DNA of 64,000 nt, taken from Sphyrna mokarran (lineage: Eukaryota). The position numbers were made by a program, and so were the translations under genes. Location: positions 54,684,001 through 54,748,000 of the forward strand of contig JAGIQG010000004.1 in assembly GCA_024679065.1 (NCBI GenBank), read 5' to 3'. Shown piece by piece: positions 36,601 to 49,052 of the stretch. The notes below the pieces were generated by a model, which made no database searches, was not told the DNA's origin, and worked only from the letters and a program-made list of their open reading frames with translations. Position 1 is the stretch's first letter, and every line of letters begins with the position of its first letter.

Positions 36601-37486
36601 CAGATTTCACATATATGCAAACTATTCTCTCATTAGCTTATTAATATTTTAAAAATCACTTAGCCCTTTACTGGTAGCCCTGTTAGTGTCTTAATGTATT
36701 CTGCTTAAAAAAAACTTATCAACTGGTTAGAAACTTTCCACATTATTATGTCTCCCCCAACAATTGTTTTTAATCTTATTATCTGTCCCTTTGCCCTCAT
36801 ATCATGGATATTCTACATCGCATGGCCCCAACTGTTTCTCTTTTTTCCCCTTGCTGTGTCGTGAACCAGGAAGTTGATTCTAATTTCTGCAGGCTGTTGA
36901 ATGCAATACCTGTTCCTCCTGAATTCTTCCTAACCCTGCTAGTACTTTGTTTTCTCTGATGTTGAGAGGATTATTGTTTTTCTATCCGTTGAATTATTGC
37001 CAATAATAACTGCCTCCTGCTTTATCTTGTTTTCCATCCGACGCATTGTCATCTCAATACTGAACTTGCCCGCGAATTGCAGTTTCTGAATATAAAGGAA
37101 ATTGCAACGCATGGTGGATGTGGCATTGAACGTAAAATATTGTAACCTTCCTTTCACATTACAGACGCCCATAAAATATACCAAGTTGCATTGACAAGCT
37201 CAAACATTCCACAAAAGTAGTTAATCAAGTATAACATATTATGCAACTTTAAAGATACTTTACAAAAGAAATTTGAAGTTACCTTGAATGTTGTGTGATA
37301 AGGGTTAAATAATTTGAAGCGTACGCCTTCAGCTTACTCTTTAAACTCGGCCGATGGCACCAGAATCAGTTGAGTATCGCCTCATACGTCATCACTTCAC
37401 ACCGTTCGTCATGTTATGTATGGCGTTATTTCTCCTCAGATCGAGACTTTCGTGTTAACTTCACACGTCCAGTACCTATCGCTAAA

Positions 37487-37535
37487 ATGGCATCGAGTGT
37501 TGTGCTTCGCAGCACAATCTGGATTACCTTGATTG
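37487..37535 (+). CDS. Gene C exon 1, signal peptide MASSVVLRSTIWITLI
   Basis: Good Kozak context aaaATGg, phase-1 donor G|gtattt, 93-bp intron. Confidence 0.75.
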
Positions 37536-40500
37536 GTATTTATTATAGTTCACTCCTTGTCTTTACGTCTGTGTCTCGCTCTCGCTCTTTTTTTTATAAC
37601 TAAAACGAGTGTTCATTTTCTTTCATAGTTGCTGCCAATCCTCTGATTGAAGTGACTCAATCCCCTGAAAATATCAATTCGATAATCGGGACTAATGTTG
37701 CATTCGACTGCACGTTTCCTACTTCTCATAGTTTAGATGTGAACTTTCATTGGTGGAAACTAGGCGAAAAGGATTTGATGCGACCAGGATCAGATAGCAG
37801 GAAATGGTTTGCCACTGGGAATGGGAGAGCCTCCTTTCAACTTCTGAATATCAGTATTCAGGACTCTGGAGTCTATTACTGCGGAGTGACACTTCAGGGA
37901 AACTGGGTCACAAATGGAAGTGGATCAACCCTCGTCGTTCGTGGTAAGAGAAGTGTTAAGATGCTAGGCTTGCTCAGTTTCAAAGTTATTCAAATAATTA
38001 ATAAAGATTAACATCCCTTCAGCCTTCTCCTGATCGATTCTTAAATAGTTACATTGGAAATTAATTGCTCCGATAGAAAGATTCTGGGCATGAAATAAAG
38101 GTGCTCTTTTCACCTTCTTACTTACTTCAGTAATAATTATCTCTGTCCTTTCATGTGTTCAAACTTGCACAGGAAATGTTTTCAGATCATTCAAGAGCGA
38201 ATGGAGATTATGAAACAACTTGAAGTAATTTCGATATAAATAATATTTTTCATAATTTAAAATAGTGCTTATTAAGAAAAAAATGTTAGAAGGTCTTTTT
38301 ATTGAGTTCAATTACAATCAGAACACGGATCATATTCTTTCTGCGTTAAAACTAATGTCTCTACAGGGCACTGGCGTTTCCAACAGTTTTGTAAGCGTAT
38401 TACTGTTTTAATGTATGAACCTGGCAGCGGATCTGCATACAATAATATTTCATAACCAGAGAAGAGAAATTGCCAAATAATTACTGGCAGTGTTTCGGGG
38501 ACTAATTACTAGCCAAGGGGACAATGTCAATATATTTCTCTGAGTAGTGCTGGAGGCTATGTAGAGTTTATCTCTCCAAAGCACTACATATTTAAATACT
38601 TCCTCCGTACTATACTAAATTGTTTGCACTAATTAAATTTTCAAATGCGGGGAGTACAACATGGATCTCACGACTTTATCGGAGTTAATGTTGCTGCATT
38701 TGACCAATGGAATTCACAATGCGCTCCAAATATGAAGCCAAGCTCCCAGATGTTTAGCTATCATTTCAGTTCGTTATTCGGCCGCTTTGGTCACTTCCTG
38801 ATTGACTCACACAATAAGCTGAATCTTCTCAAGTCTCTTCAAAAACGAATATGCCGCCGATGTAGAATTTGATGAAACTATTCCTGAGTTGTTCAAACTC
38901 TACTCGTCGCAGTAATTAATCTTCAGATACATCTGGCACGTTGAAGTAAGCAGCGAAATGAGCGCCTTGCCTTTTGTTCAATCCCCGGTTGGGGTTTTGT
39001 TCATTCCTTACGAACTCACGATAGAACTATATCACCTCCGTTTAGCTATCGAATTATAGTCAGCAATAGGATGGCTTGTGAGCGTGGGATCTCAATTCCT
39101 CCGCTCATTATAAGTAGCGATATAGTCTGAGGGCCTTCTGGAAGTTTCATCAGGTTGCTAATTGAGAGCAAATAAACTTTTCACAAAGGCATTTCCATTC
39201 AGTATAAGAGCAACCCCAAATATTTCATTCGTGTTCCGAGTTCTCTTATCTATGCAGGCAAACAGAAAAATGTAATTTCGAAAATTTACGTAGAGAACGA
39301 TACATTTGCGCTCAGTTCAAAAGATCTGGAATGCTTGTTACAAGCAGATTCAGTAGAAATTTAAAAGGAAATTTGATATGCATTTGAAGTAGAATGTTTG
39401 CTGCGCTGAGGTAAGAGTCAAGGCGTGAAATTAATTGCTTATTTCTTGCATAACCACCGCAGATTCAATAAGCCGACTGACATTCTTTATACTTTATGAT
39501 GCAATTATCTACAATAATTATAGAACGATTTTTTAATTCCGCTAGTAATAAACAGATTGATAACTCTTTGAGCTGTTTTAGTTCAAATACAATAAAAGTG
39601 AATGCCACTCTGCGGAATATACGGTCTATATAACTTCAATTTTCGATCTTTCCCGAGCTCTTCCAACTCCCGTGAAGATTCTTCCCCGCGCACCTGCAAG
39701 CAATGTACCCTATTCTTTGATGCTGGTGTGCGAAATGGCTTCATTTTACCCTGCGGATCTAACTATCACTTGGTACAAAAATAATGAAAGCATTGAGAAT
39801 GGAATTCACACTATCAAACAACTCAGCAAAACTGGAATGTTTGAAGCTTCCAGCTACTTTGAAGAGGCACAACCTATCCAGGGAGGGACTGTTTATGCCC
39901 GCCTAGTTTCTCATGCAACTCTCCAGATTCCGGCCATGGCAACTTACATAGTTCCCAATTGTAAACCAGGTATGAAATCAATTTTCTTGGAAAAAATGAC
40001 AATGCAATAAAATCTAACGTTATTGAAAGTGAACGGGTTGTAAACTTCAACGCAGTGATAACTGCATTGATAAAATGCAAAATATATTTGTAAAATTAGG
40101 TAATTATTTGAAGTATAGAAATGTATTTTTTTTCACTGCCTTTGCTTTTCCATTTTCAACTCCACGGAATAGTGACAACTTCTTAAATAGAAGAAACTTC
40201 CACCTTTGATGGGGAATGAAAAGGCGGTCTCCATTGGACCGTGTTATATATATCGCCAGATTTTACTTCCAATTTATTATATAACCTAATTTGAATATTC
40301 GCGCAATGCAATTGCATCTCGACAGCTTAGTAAATACTGAAACCCAGAAAATGTTGTTTTCGCAAAATTCATTTCTCTCACCTATTCAATTTCATTCATC
40401 AATATTGTAAATTTATTCACACTGCGTTCATTATCTTCCAATTTTCCATTTCAGCTTAGATAATTAGTGCTCCCCATTGTAATCACGAGTGGATTTCTTT

Positions 40501-43500
40501 AATCCAGCACAGGCCTGAGACGTGTATTGGAGTTCTTCACCCTGAAGTGGCAAATGGGAATGAATCATTGACAGCTTTGGGGCAAATGTATACCTGAGCG
40601 TTTTTGTGTTCGCGATTCGAAATGGAATGGAAAACGTGTACAAACCATAATTCTTTCTGCCTGTTATCAAATACTTGTTGCACATCCATAACTTTCTTGA
40701 AATAATACTAGCCAGGTAGTTTGGAATTTAAAAATCTGTGTTGGGACAGTGGGTAAAATTTTTCACTCGCATTTTGTGGAGAAATAAACATGTCTTGACA
40801 CACTAGCAAAGTAAACCTTAACATCGAGAAGTCACTCCACATAATGCCAAGGGGAATTAACACTTGAATTAATTAGCTTAATGAAACAAAAATTTTAATA
40901 TTTTACTGCATCAGTAGTAACTGACTGTGAAAAAATAACGGGACGAAGTATCTGTGAGGCGAGAATTAAAATAATTCCCCCTTCCGCCTGCCATGGGAAA
41001 CGGAGCGGGCGAGGGACTGACCATGGAAAGGTGCTTTGACCTCATACGAGATTTTCCGGTTGCGGGGCGAGCGCGGACGGAACATCTGGCCCTCTGTAGT
41101 TCGTCTTCAGCAACAGCACAAATTGGGCGATAGCGAGTCAGTAGCGGTATTTACATCTCTCCTGATTGCCATTTGACTTTCCACAAGTTAAATGAAGCGA
41201 TGCATCACTTCCCAACCCGAACACGCATCGCTTAGTTTTAAATAGTGGGAAATGAATTTTCACCAAAGCACACGCTGATTCCACACATTAGACTGATGGA
41301 ACAATTCTTCGAAATCAGAAGCTCTCTGGAGTTGTTATCTTGCAGTTACAAAGTTATGTCAATCTTTCAGGTCGTGACAGAGCCTCGTCCTCTTATTTAC
41401 GAATCTTTGGGTGCGTATGTTTCGCATTTATGTTTTTGTTGCCGGTGATCTTCATTAGAAAGTTGTTCACATTCGGCAACCATAAAGGTAAGATATCGCA
41501 TTAGGACGTAATAAAATTATAAATCAGAAATAACAGGAAGCAACCAATGAGCAGCAAAAGATGATTGATCCAAGTTTGAGCCCAATTATCTGTTGGTGCT
41601 GGAAGAATTCAATTGGTCGTTGGATTTTGAAATTGGTTTGTGATATTGATTATAGTATTTATTTTAAGTTGGCATGAGTTTAACGATAGATTGTGTTTTC
41701 AGAACGCAATCTCCCAACACACCCCAATCCGAAAACTCTGCATCTATGAGGTTAAACATACTACGGGAATAATATATCCAAAATTGTTTTGCCCATCATG
41801 TAGCAGATATTTCATTTTTTTTAACTGCAGTGAAGAGTTTTGAATTAGTATTCGCTCTTAAATATCCCATGGCGTAAACACAATTTGTAGAGTTTAATGA
41901 TGCTTTTTTTTCTTATCCTCACTGTAAATTGATAATTTTGTGCATTATTGACAATGGCGTTTTGAACTTTGTGTTTTAGTAACCAGACAGAGAAAAGACA
42001 AAGCAAACAGGAATGGCAAATCTGTAAGTTAATAATACTCATTTGACTGATGTTTTAAATATAATGTGCAAATTTTGTGTCGAGCCAAGAGCATCTGACA
42101 TTTGATACTGTTATCCACTAAGATTTAGCTGGCTCTACTGGAAGTAAAACATTGCAGTGTTTACTAATTCCCGTTTTCTTTGTGCTTCATGTCAATGTGG
42201 TTAGTGTCAAACAAAATGCCAGTTTTACATTTGCACTCCACAGTTCGGGCACTCAAAATTATTTTAGGCAACATCCTTGAGTAGATATAGCATCAGCATA
42301 TTGAAGTTTCAGCGTGTTCCTGGCTATCAAATTCGAGCTTTTGTACGGACGTTCACCCGAAACTACGTCACTTGGATGGAATTTGCAATGTTTCGTCTAT
42401 TGCAACAATGACAATCAATCCTTCGAAGGGATTCATCGGTTCTTCATTTCGACGAGCTGTGGTAGTGAAATATACTTAGTAAAGAATGTTATCATTTAGC
42501 ATATAATTACTGCTTGAAAATATTACTCATCGCTTGGAGATAGGTTGAAGTTAATTGGACTTTATTAATAGTTAAATCACTAGGTTGATCACTTTCGCGG
42601 ACGTTTTAGCTTTGATGTTCAACTAGACACACTAGGGATCTTTTAATGTAAAAACATGAAGAGCTGATTGAAAAATTGGAATTTTGAAGCATCTTGCGCC
42701 AATCAGTGGGGAAATTTATTTCCACTGACAATGATTAGGTTACCAGAGGATATAATTTAACATCATCACCAGAAGAACAGAGGTAGGAGAATCTTTCTCA
42801 ATCAGAGAGCAGTTAGAGATTGGAATTCCACATGAGAACAACACAACGCATAATCCATACAAGAATTTACAAAAAGTGGCGATAGCAATTTTAAAAACAA
42901 AATAAACAACTTGGTATGGGGAGAAAATACAAGTGTATGGGGCTAAATTTAAAAAAAAATGCCCTAATGACAGTTACAAGGACAACACGTAACTTGTGAA
43001 ATACTGAATGCAATGGACATTCCTATAGCGTATCATTCGCAAGTTTGTAATCATTGTTAAGCTAAAGTAACAATCACTGTGAATTTGGGGGACAAACACA
43101 TTTGAGGAGACAAGATATCATTTGAAAGAATCATAGAATGCCTAGTGCAAAAGGGCGTTATTCCTCATCGAACCTGCACTATAGGTTCCCACACAGGCCC
43201 TATCCAAGCAACCCTATGTATTTTTCCTCCTAATTCCCCCTGACACCATGGAGCAATTTAGAGTGGCCAATCCACCTAATCTGCATATCTTTAGACTGTG
43301 GAAGGAAATCGGAGCACCTGAAGGAAGCCCGCCCAGACGGGGGAGAACACGCCAACACCAGCACAGACAGTGACCCAAGTCGGGAATCGAACGCCGGTCC
43401 TTGGCGCTATGATGAGGCAATGCTTACCACTGTGCCATCATGCGGCCCCCAGCATTTGCCTAATTTACTTTGGTGACCCAATATATAAGTTCGTTAAGCC

Positions 43501-43738
43501 AAGGGTAACTCAAATATTATGATGAAATCACTCGGTTTTATTATGTATTCTGTGGCTAAATGAGATTAAGATCTAACTTTACAAAACATCTCTTTTATAG
43601 ATCTTACAAGACTCATCTGATAAACAGCTGACTTACGCAGAAGTCGAACTAATTAGTTCTCAGAAAAATAGAAGTCTGAGAGGCAAGGAAAAGGGCACGG
43701 AATATGCGGATATTAGGAATGTAGGACAAGAGAAATAA
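37487..43738 (+). CDS. Gene C: VJ-C1-TM IgSF receptor with ITIM + ITSM tail, predicted inhibitory, 324 aa
   Basis: Exons 37487-37535, 37629-37943, 39658-39969, 41371-41487, 41980-42023 (44 bp), 43601-43738. Total 975 nt in one open frame with GT-AG introns. Confidence 0.85.
37629..37943 (+). CDS. Gene C exon 2, V-set Ig domain with J-like end
   Basis: EVTQSP..VAFDC..WWK..QDSGVYYC..NGSGSTLVV; acceptor tctttcatag, donor G|gtaaga. Confidence 0.94.
39658..39969 (+). CDS. Gene C exon 3, C1-set Ig domain (second Cys replaced by Arg)
   Basis: LVCEMASFYPADLTITWYKNN..GMFEASSY..YARLVSHATL; 312 bp; unusual GAG acceptor; donor G|gtatga. Confidence 0.9.
40955..41092. mobile_element. Short GC-rich MITE-like insert (possibly Harbinger-derived)
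   Basis: GC-rich island in an AT-rich intron with imperfect termini ggcgagaatt..ttccgcc / gcggacggaacatctggccc. Confidence 0.4.
41371..41487 (+). CDS. Gene C exon 4, transmembrane segment
   Basis: Absent from the ORF track. Read by hand: GRDRASSSYLRIFGCVCFAFMFLLPVIFIRKLFTFGNHK; acceptor aatctttcag, donor G|gtaaga. Confidence 0.85.
41980..42023 (+). CDS. Gene C exon 5, 44-bp cytoplasmic spacer (VTRQRKDKANRNGKS)
   Basis: Acceptor tttgtgttttag, consensus donor gtaagt, phase 1 to 0. Confidence 0.78.
43128..43450 (-). mobile_element. HE1-type V-SINE in gene C intron 5
   Basis: agaatcatagaat tail, V-domain, and gggaatcgaac B box on the reverse strand. Confidence 0.8.
43601..43738 (+). CDS. Gene C exon 6, ITIM (LTYAEV) + ITSM (TEYADI)
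   Basis: Absent from the ORF track. Acceptor tctcttttatag; ILQDSSDKQLTYAEVELISSQKNRSLRGKEKGTEYADIRNVGQEK*. Confidence 0.87.
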   Translation: MLQDSSDKQLTYAEVELISSQKNRSLRGKEKGTEYADIRNVGQEK

Positions 43739-44579
43739 GTGACTACATGACATTGGGTGACTTCCCTTTTCATCAATACAATCTCCTATCACTCAGATTA
43801 AGTTGAGCCCAAAGTTAGATTTAAAATTTTACAGCTGGCGGAATTTTACGTTTACAATTATGACAGGTTCGCACACTTGCAGAACAAAACGGAAGCCAAT
43901 AATTCACTTGGGTGAATATCTGCTTCAGTTTAACTTAGGTTGTAAAGATCACCAAATACTTTAATTTCTATCGAAGCATAACGTTTTCGTTGTTAGCCTA
44001 CTTACAAAATTCCTTGGAAAAGATTACGCTTTGTTTATCAATGAGGAACGTGTAGTTTTATAAAGCGTTGTACTTTATCCTTACTGCTAAACATCCAAGC
44101 TCATGCTGGAAACAGAATCAAAAATTTGTGACTGTTGAAATTTCACCATCGTGTTAAAAATGCCATCAATGTTAAAAATATTTTAAAATTTTAGCTTGTA
44201 CCTGAATCCAAACATGACGGCGAATTTTGCTGTCTGCAAATGAAAATGAAAGATGAATCTTCCTGGTTTGCTGTGTTCAGCGTGATTAACGACTTGTTCG
44301 TTTATTTGCATTACCAATGATACAGCCGAAGGTAGTTCGTTGACTTGAATTGAATGTAAACTCGATCGACAAAGAGGAATGTTATGCAACAGAAATCGCT
44401 TTTTGAGCAGCATTCTTTAAGGTCAGAGACCAGGAGCTTTCTCTGGTGTTGACTAGAAAACTCATTGTGATAGCACATGTTTGTCCAAACATGATAGCAG
44501 CTTAGGAAATGCTTGTGATTAATATGGCAGTGAAACTTGCGAGCTACACCAATTAATGCTGTCTGTAAAATATCTGCAT

Positions 44580-46750
44580 TTCTGGACTGGTAACCTAGAA
44601 ATCCAGGTAATGATCTGGGCATCTAGGTTTAAATCCCACCATGGTAGATGATGAATTTCGAATTCAATAAATATCTGGAATTAAAAGTCAAATGACGACA
44701 GTGAAACGATAGTTGTAAAAGCCCATCTGGTTCACAGAAGTACTTTTAGCCCCAGGGAAAAGAAGCATACTAAGGGGACACGGTAATCGTCGCTAACGAC
44801 AGAAGTCAGGGGCATTAAAGCAAAATAGAAAGCATACAATGTGCCAAAGATTAAATGGGAATCCAGCGAATTGGGAAGTTTTTAAAGACCAACAGAGGAA
44901 ATAAAACGGAAAAAAGAGGGAGCAGTTAAAATACGAGGGTAACCTAGCCTGTGATATAAAAGAAGACTGTAACAGATTTTTTGACATGTGATGGGTAAAA
45001 GAGGGGCAAATGTAGACACTAGTCGATTGGAAAATGAAGCTGGGCAAGTTATAATGGGGAACAAAGAAATGCTAGAGAATCCGAACAGTATTTCATAACA
45101 GTCATCACGGTGGAAGACACGAGTAATGTTACAAAAAAATTCAAGACAGTCAGGGGGCAGAGTTGAGTATTGTAGCTATTATTAAGAAGAAAGTGCTTGG
45201 AAAACTGAAAGCTCTGAAGGTCGATACATCACCTGGGCCAGATAGACTGAACTCAAAGTTCTGAAGAAGATAGCAGAAGAGATAGTGGAGACATGGAAGT
45301 GATTTTTCAGGAATCACTGGAGTAGGAGAGGATTCCAGCTGACTGGAAAATTGCAAATGTAATATACTTGTTTAAGAATGGAAGTAAGCAAAAGCAGGCC
45401 TGTTAGCCTGACCTCAATAATTAGTAAGATTTTAGAATCCAGTATTTAGAATGAGATTTCGGAAGTCCATGGTAAAATAGGGTGAAGTAAACAAGATTTC
45501 GTCAAGTGGAGGTCATGCCTGACAATCTGTTAGAATTCTTTGAAGAGGTAGCAAACTGGTTAGATGAAATAGAGCCAGTTGATGTTATCTACTTGGATTT
45601 CCAGAAGATCTTTGACAACGTGCCACACTGAAGGCTGCAGGGTACGATAAGAACTCGCGGTGTTATAACAACGTGATAAAATATTGGCTGACTAGCCAAA
45701 GGCATGTAATAGGGTTAAAGGGTCATTTTCAGGATGGCAGATGGCAGCTAATGTATTTCTGCAGGGTTTAGCGTTGGAAGTACAACTTTTCACATTGTAC
45801 ATCAATAATTTAGATGAAGGAACTGAGGACATTGTCCGTAAGTTTGAAGATTATACAGAGATAGTTGTAATGACTGTAATATTGAGAAGTCAAGGAGGCT
45901 GCAGAACGACTTGGATAGATTAGGAAAGTGGACAAAGAAATTGCAGATGGAAAAGGACGTGAGAAAATGTGGTGTGGTTGGAAGAATAGAGGTGTGGTCT
46001 ATTTTCTAAATGGGGAAAGAATTCAGAAATCAGAAGGGCAAAGAGATTTGGCAGCTCTAATTCATGATTCGATCAAGTTTAACTTGTAGGCTGAATGGAT
46101 AGTTAGGAAGACAAATGCAAAGCTAGCCTTCGTTTGGAGAGAATTCGAATACAAAAGCAGGGGTGTACTGCTGAGACATAAGAAGACTCTGCTCAGACGG
46201 CATTCGGAGCATTGTGAACAATTTTGGGCTCCAGATTGTGCTGGCCTCGGAAAGTGCCCAGAAGAGATTCACGAGAATCATCCTAAGAATGAAAAGCTTG
46301 ACGTATGAGGAGAATTTGAAGATTCTGGGTCTGTTCTCGCTTGAGTTTAGAAGGATGAGGGGCGACCTCACTAAAAATTACAGAATACTGAAAGACCTGG
46401 ATATAGTGTATGTGGGGAAGATGTTACCGTTAGTAGGAGAGATTGGGACAAAAAGGTGCATCCTCAGAATAAAGAGACTATCATTCGAACAGAGATTAGG
46501 AGGAATTTCTTCAGCGAGAGGGTAGTGAATCTATCGAATTCCTTGTAACAGAAGCCTCTGAAGGCCAGGTCATTGGGTATGTTTAAGGCAGAGATAGCTA
46601 GGTTCTCGATTGATAATAGAATCAAAGATTATGAGAAAAAGATAGTAGAATGGAGTTGATAAATTCGATTTCCTAATTCTGTTCCTATATCCTATGGTCT
46701 TATGCTCTTTTAGGAAGGAAATATCTCCTCCTTCCTGCTTTGGCCTGATG
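44580..46750 (+). mobile_element. SacSINE1-like SINE split by a degraded CR1 (about 44750-46705)
   Basis: The SINE stops at ctggttcac..cttttag (44750) and resumes tttaggaaggaaat (46709). Between them are CR1 RT motifs (DFQKIFD, KFEDYT, GLFSLEFRRMRGDL). Confidence 0.7.
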
Positions 46751-47643
46751 GACACTCACAACTCATGTATAAATGAAAACAACCCATATCTGATGTTTTG
46801 ACGATTGTAAGATTGTACCATGCTGTAACACTTGTCCTTAAGTTCAAAACTATTAAAACGTTATCCACAACAAAGTTGCACACCATTGAATGTTTAACGA
46901 ACCATGTTATACTTAACCAATAAGATCGATTCTTCTGTTTTGGGGATTGACAGTTACATTGGAAGCAGCTATGTGCGGTGGGCATTCTGTGTTGGGTAAA
47001 ACTCTCCCAATCATTAAACAAATTGGAAGATCAAGAGGCTTAACAATGAAAAACCTCACCGAAACTGCGTGTCAATTGAAGCGATGACCATATTCTTATT
47101 CCGTTTTGAACATTAGAGGTACGCAATTTTAATTTGTTAGAACCATAAAGATATCCCATTAACAATAAAGCTGTCAGCCTGAATCCATCTTCAGACCAAA
47201 CACCAGAAGTCCAGTAAAGCGGTGATCGTGGAATCAAGTCAGAGCGCAAGAGGGAACAGTAGAGAGAGAGAGAGAGACAGAGAAAAAAAAACAGTTAAAT
47301 CACTTAATATATACCAATGGATTTGGATTGACACCATTGCTGGAAGTGCAAACTGGAGGGAAGGCAATGTCATATTAACACTGTCAGCTGAGTAATACTC
47401 CGGAGATCTAAGGTAATGCTCTGGGGACTCCGCAATATGCAGCAATTTAAATTTGGTACACATTTGGACTTAAAAGCAAGAGGACAATGAAGCCCAGCTA
47501 GTTCATTAATGCCCTTTCTGGAGGGCCTATATGTTAGTGCAGACCTACAACCACAATAGTATGGCTGACTCTTAAATGCTGAACAAGTGCAATTAGAAAT
47601 GGACATGTCCACGGGATACCCACTTCCTTTAAATAAAATAGAT

Positions 47644-49052
47644 GAACAAAGAACAAAGAACAAAACAGCACGGGAAACAGGCCCTTCGGCCCAACGAGCC
47701 CACGCCGCCACCCCGATGTTCCCACCACTACCCGCGATCCCTGATCATGTTTATAGATCTATGGATTGAAAACCAAATTTGAGGCAATTTGAGGAGAAAT
47801 TGTTTTGCCAATTAGCCTATGAGCACATCTTTGGGGTGTGGGAGGAAACCGGAGCGCCCGGAGAAAACCCACGCAAGCACGGGGAGAATGCGCAAACTCC
47901 CACATGTATCTGCACAGCACAGCGATAGTCACTGAGTTGTCGTGTTGCTTATCAAATGGTCCAGGTCAAGCGTACACTAACGACGTGAAGCACTAGGATA
48001 CTCTCGAAAAAAAAATCCCTCTCACGACCCATCGCGTGTATGCCCCTCGTTAAACAACAAGGTGAACCAAAGCACCTGTAGGATACAAACAAGTACATCA
48101 ATATCATCATTTATTTACACACTTCCCAGGGACTCCCAAGGCTCATGATCCCTATTTTAAATCAGTTTTCTATACCCCTCCATTCCCATTCTGTTCATGT
48201 GGCCATCTAAGTATTTCTTAAATAACTCCAGAGTGCCTGCCTCCACCACTTTACTTGGCAGCGCATTCCATACCCCCACCACCCTCTGTGTGAAAAAACT
48301 CCCTCTAGCATCCAAATTATACCTTACCCCCCTCACCCAAAGCCTGTGACCCCTCGTGCCATTCGAGTCCATCCTAGGAAAGAGCTTAACCCTGTTTACT
48401 CTATCTATACCCCTCATAATCTTGTACACCTCTATTAGATCTCCTCTAAGTCTACGTCTTTCTAAGGAAAACAGTCCCAATTTGCCTAATCTCTCCTCGT
48501 AACTCAGACCTGCCATACCAGGCAGCATCCTGGTAAACCTCCTCTGCACTCTCTCCAGAGTCTCCACATCCTTCCGGTAGTAAGGCGACCAGAACTAGAC
48601 GCAGTATTCCAAATGAGGTCTAACCAGCGTTTTATACAACTGCAACATTAAAGGCCAGCTCTTGTATTCTATACCCCTTCCTATAAAGGCTAGCATACTA
48701 TATGCTTTCTTCACAACCTTCTCCACTTGCTCTGCCACCTTCAGAGACTTGTTCACCTGCACCCCCAGGTTCCTCTGCGTTTCTATACTCTTAATAGGTC
48801 TACCCTTCATCATATACTCCTCCCTACATTCTTTCTCCCGAAATGCATCACCTCACATTTATTAGGATTGAATTCCATCTGCCATCTGTCTGCCCAAGGT
48901 ACCAGCCTATCTATGTCCTGCTGCATTGCCTGACAATGCTCCTCACTATCCGCAAGTCCGGCCATCTTTGTATCGTCTGCACACTTGCTGATCACTCCAC
49001 TTACTCCCTCTTCCAAGTCATTTATATAAACATATATTACAAATAGAAGAGG
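47644..49052 (-). mobile_element. CR1 family A 3' portion; resumes briefly at ~50558-50616
   Basis: ORFs 48157-48567, 48595-48813 and 48810-49055; family A UTR and tail. Confidence 0.92.

Noticed and set aside
31850-36900. Short ORFs and CpG-richer patches between genes B and C as a fourth paralog
   Set aside because: I found no V, C1, TM or ITIM motifs by eye. A highly decayed copy cannot be excluded without tBLASTn.
4149-39969. Rearranging Ig/TCR/IgNAR locus or Ig light-chain clusters
   Set aside because: V and J-like parts lie in one exon with no RSS seen. Each unit has its own TM exon and, in B and C, ITIM tails. The framework (WWKxGE, NGxG) is not Ig/TCR-like.
41400-41402. Arg in the gene C TM exon (YLRIFG) as an activating charge
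   Set aside because: It lies at the extracellular boundary, aligned with the interfacial Trp of gene B, before an 18-residue hydrophobic run; the gene also has ITIM/ITSM.
3937-43738. Assigning a gene symbol (NCR3, SIRPA, NCR3LG1, TAPBPL)
   Set aside because: Each matches only in part: NKp30 lacks C1, SIRP has V-C1-C1, and B7-H6 and tapasin lack ITIM/ITSM tails. Orthology needs phylogeny and synteny.
43736-43770. Third tyrosine motif relics (out-of-frame DYMTL after the gene C stop; NTCEML in gene B)
   Set aside because: Spacing differs between the genes and four-residue motifs arise by chance; not supportable.
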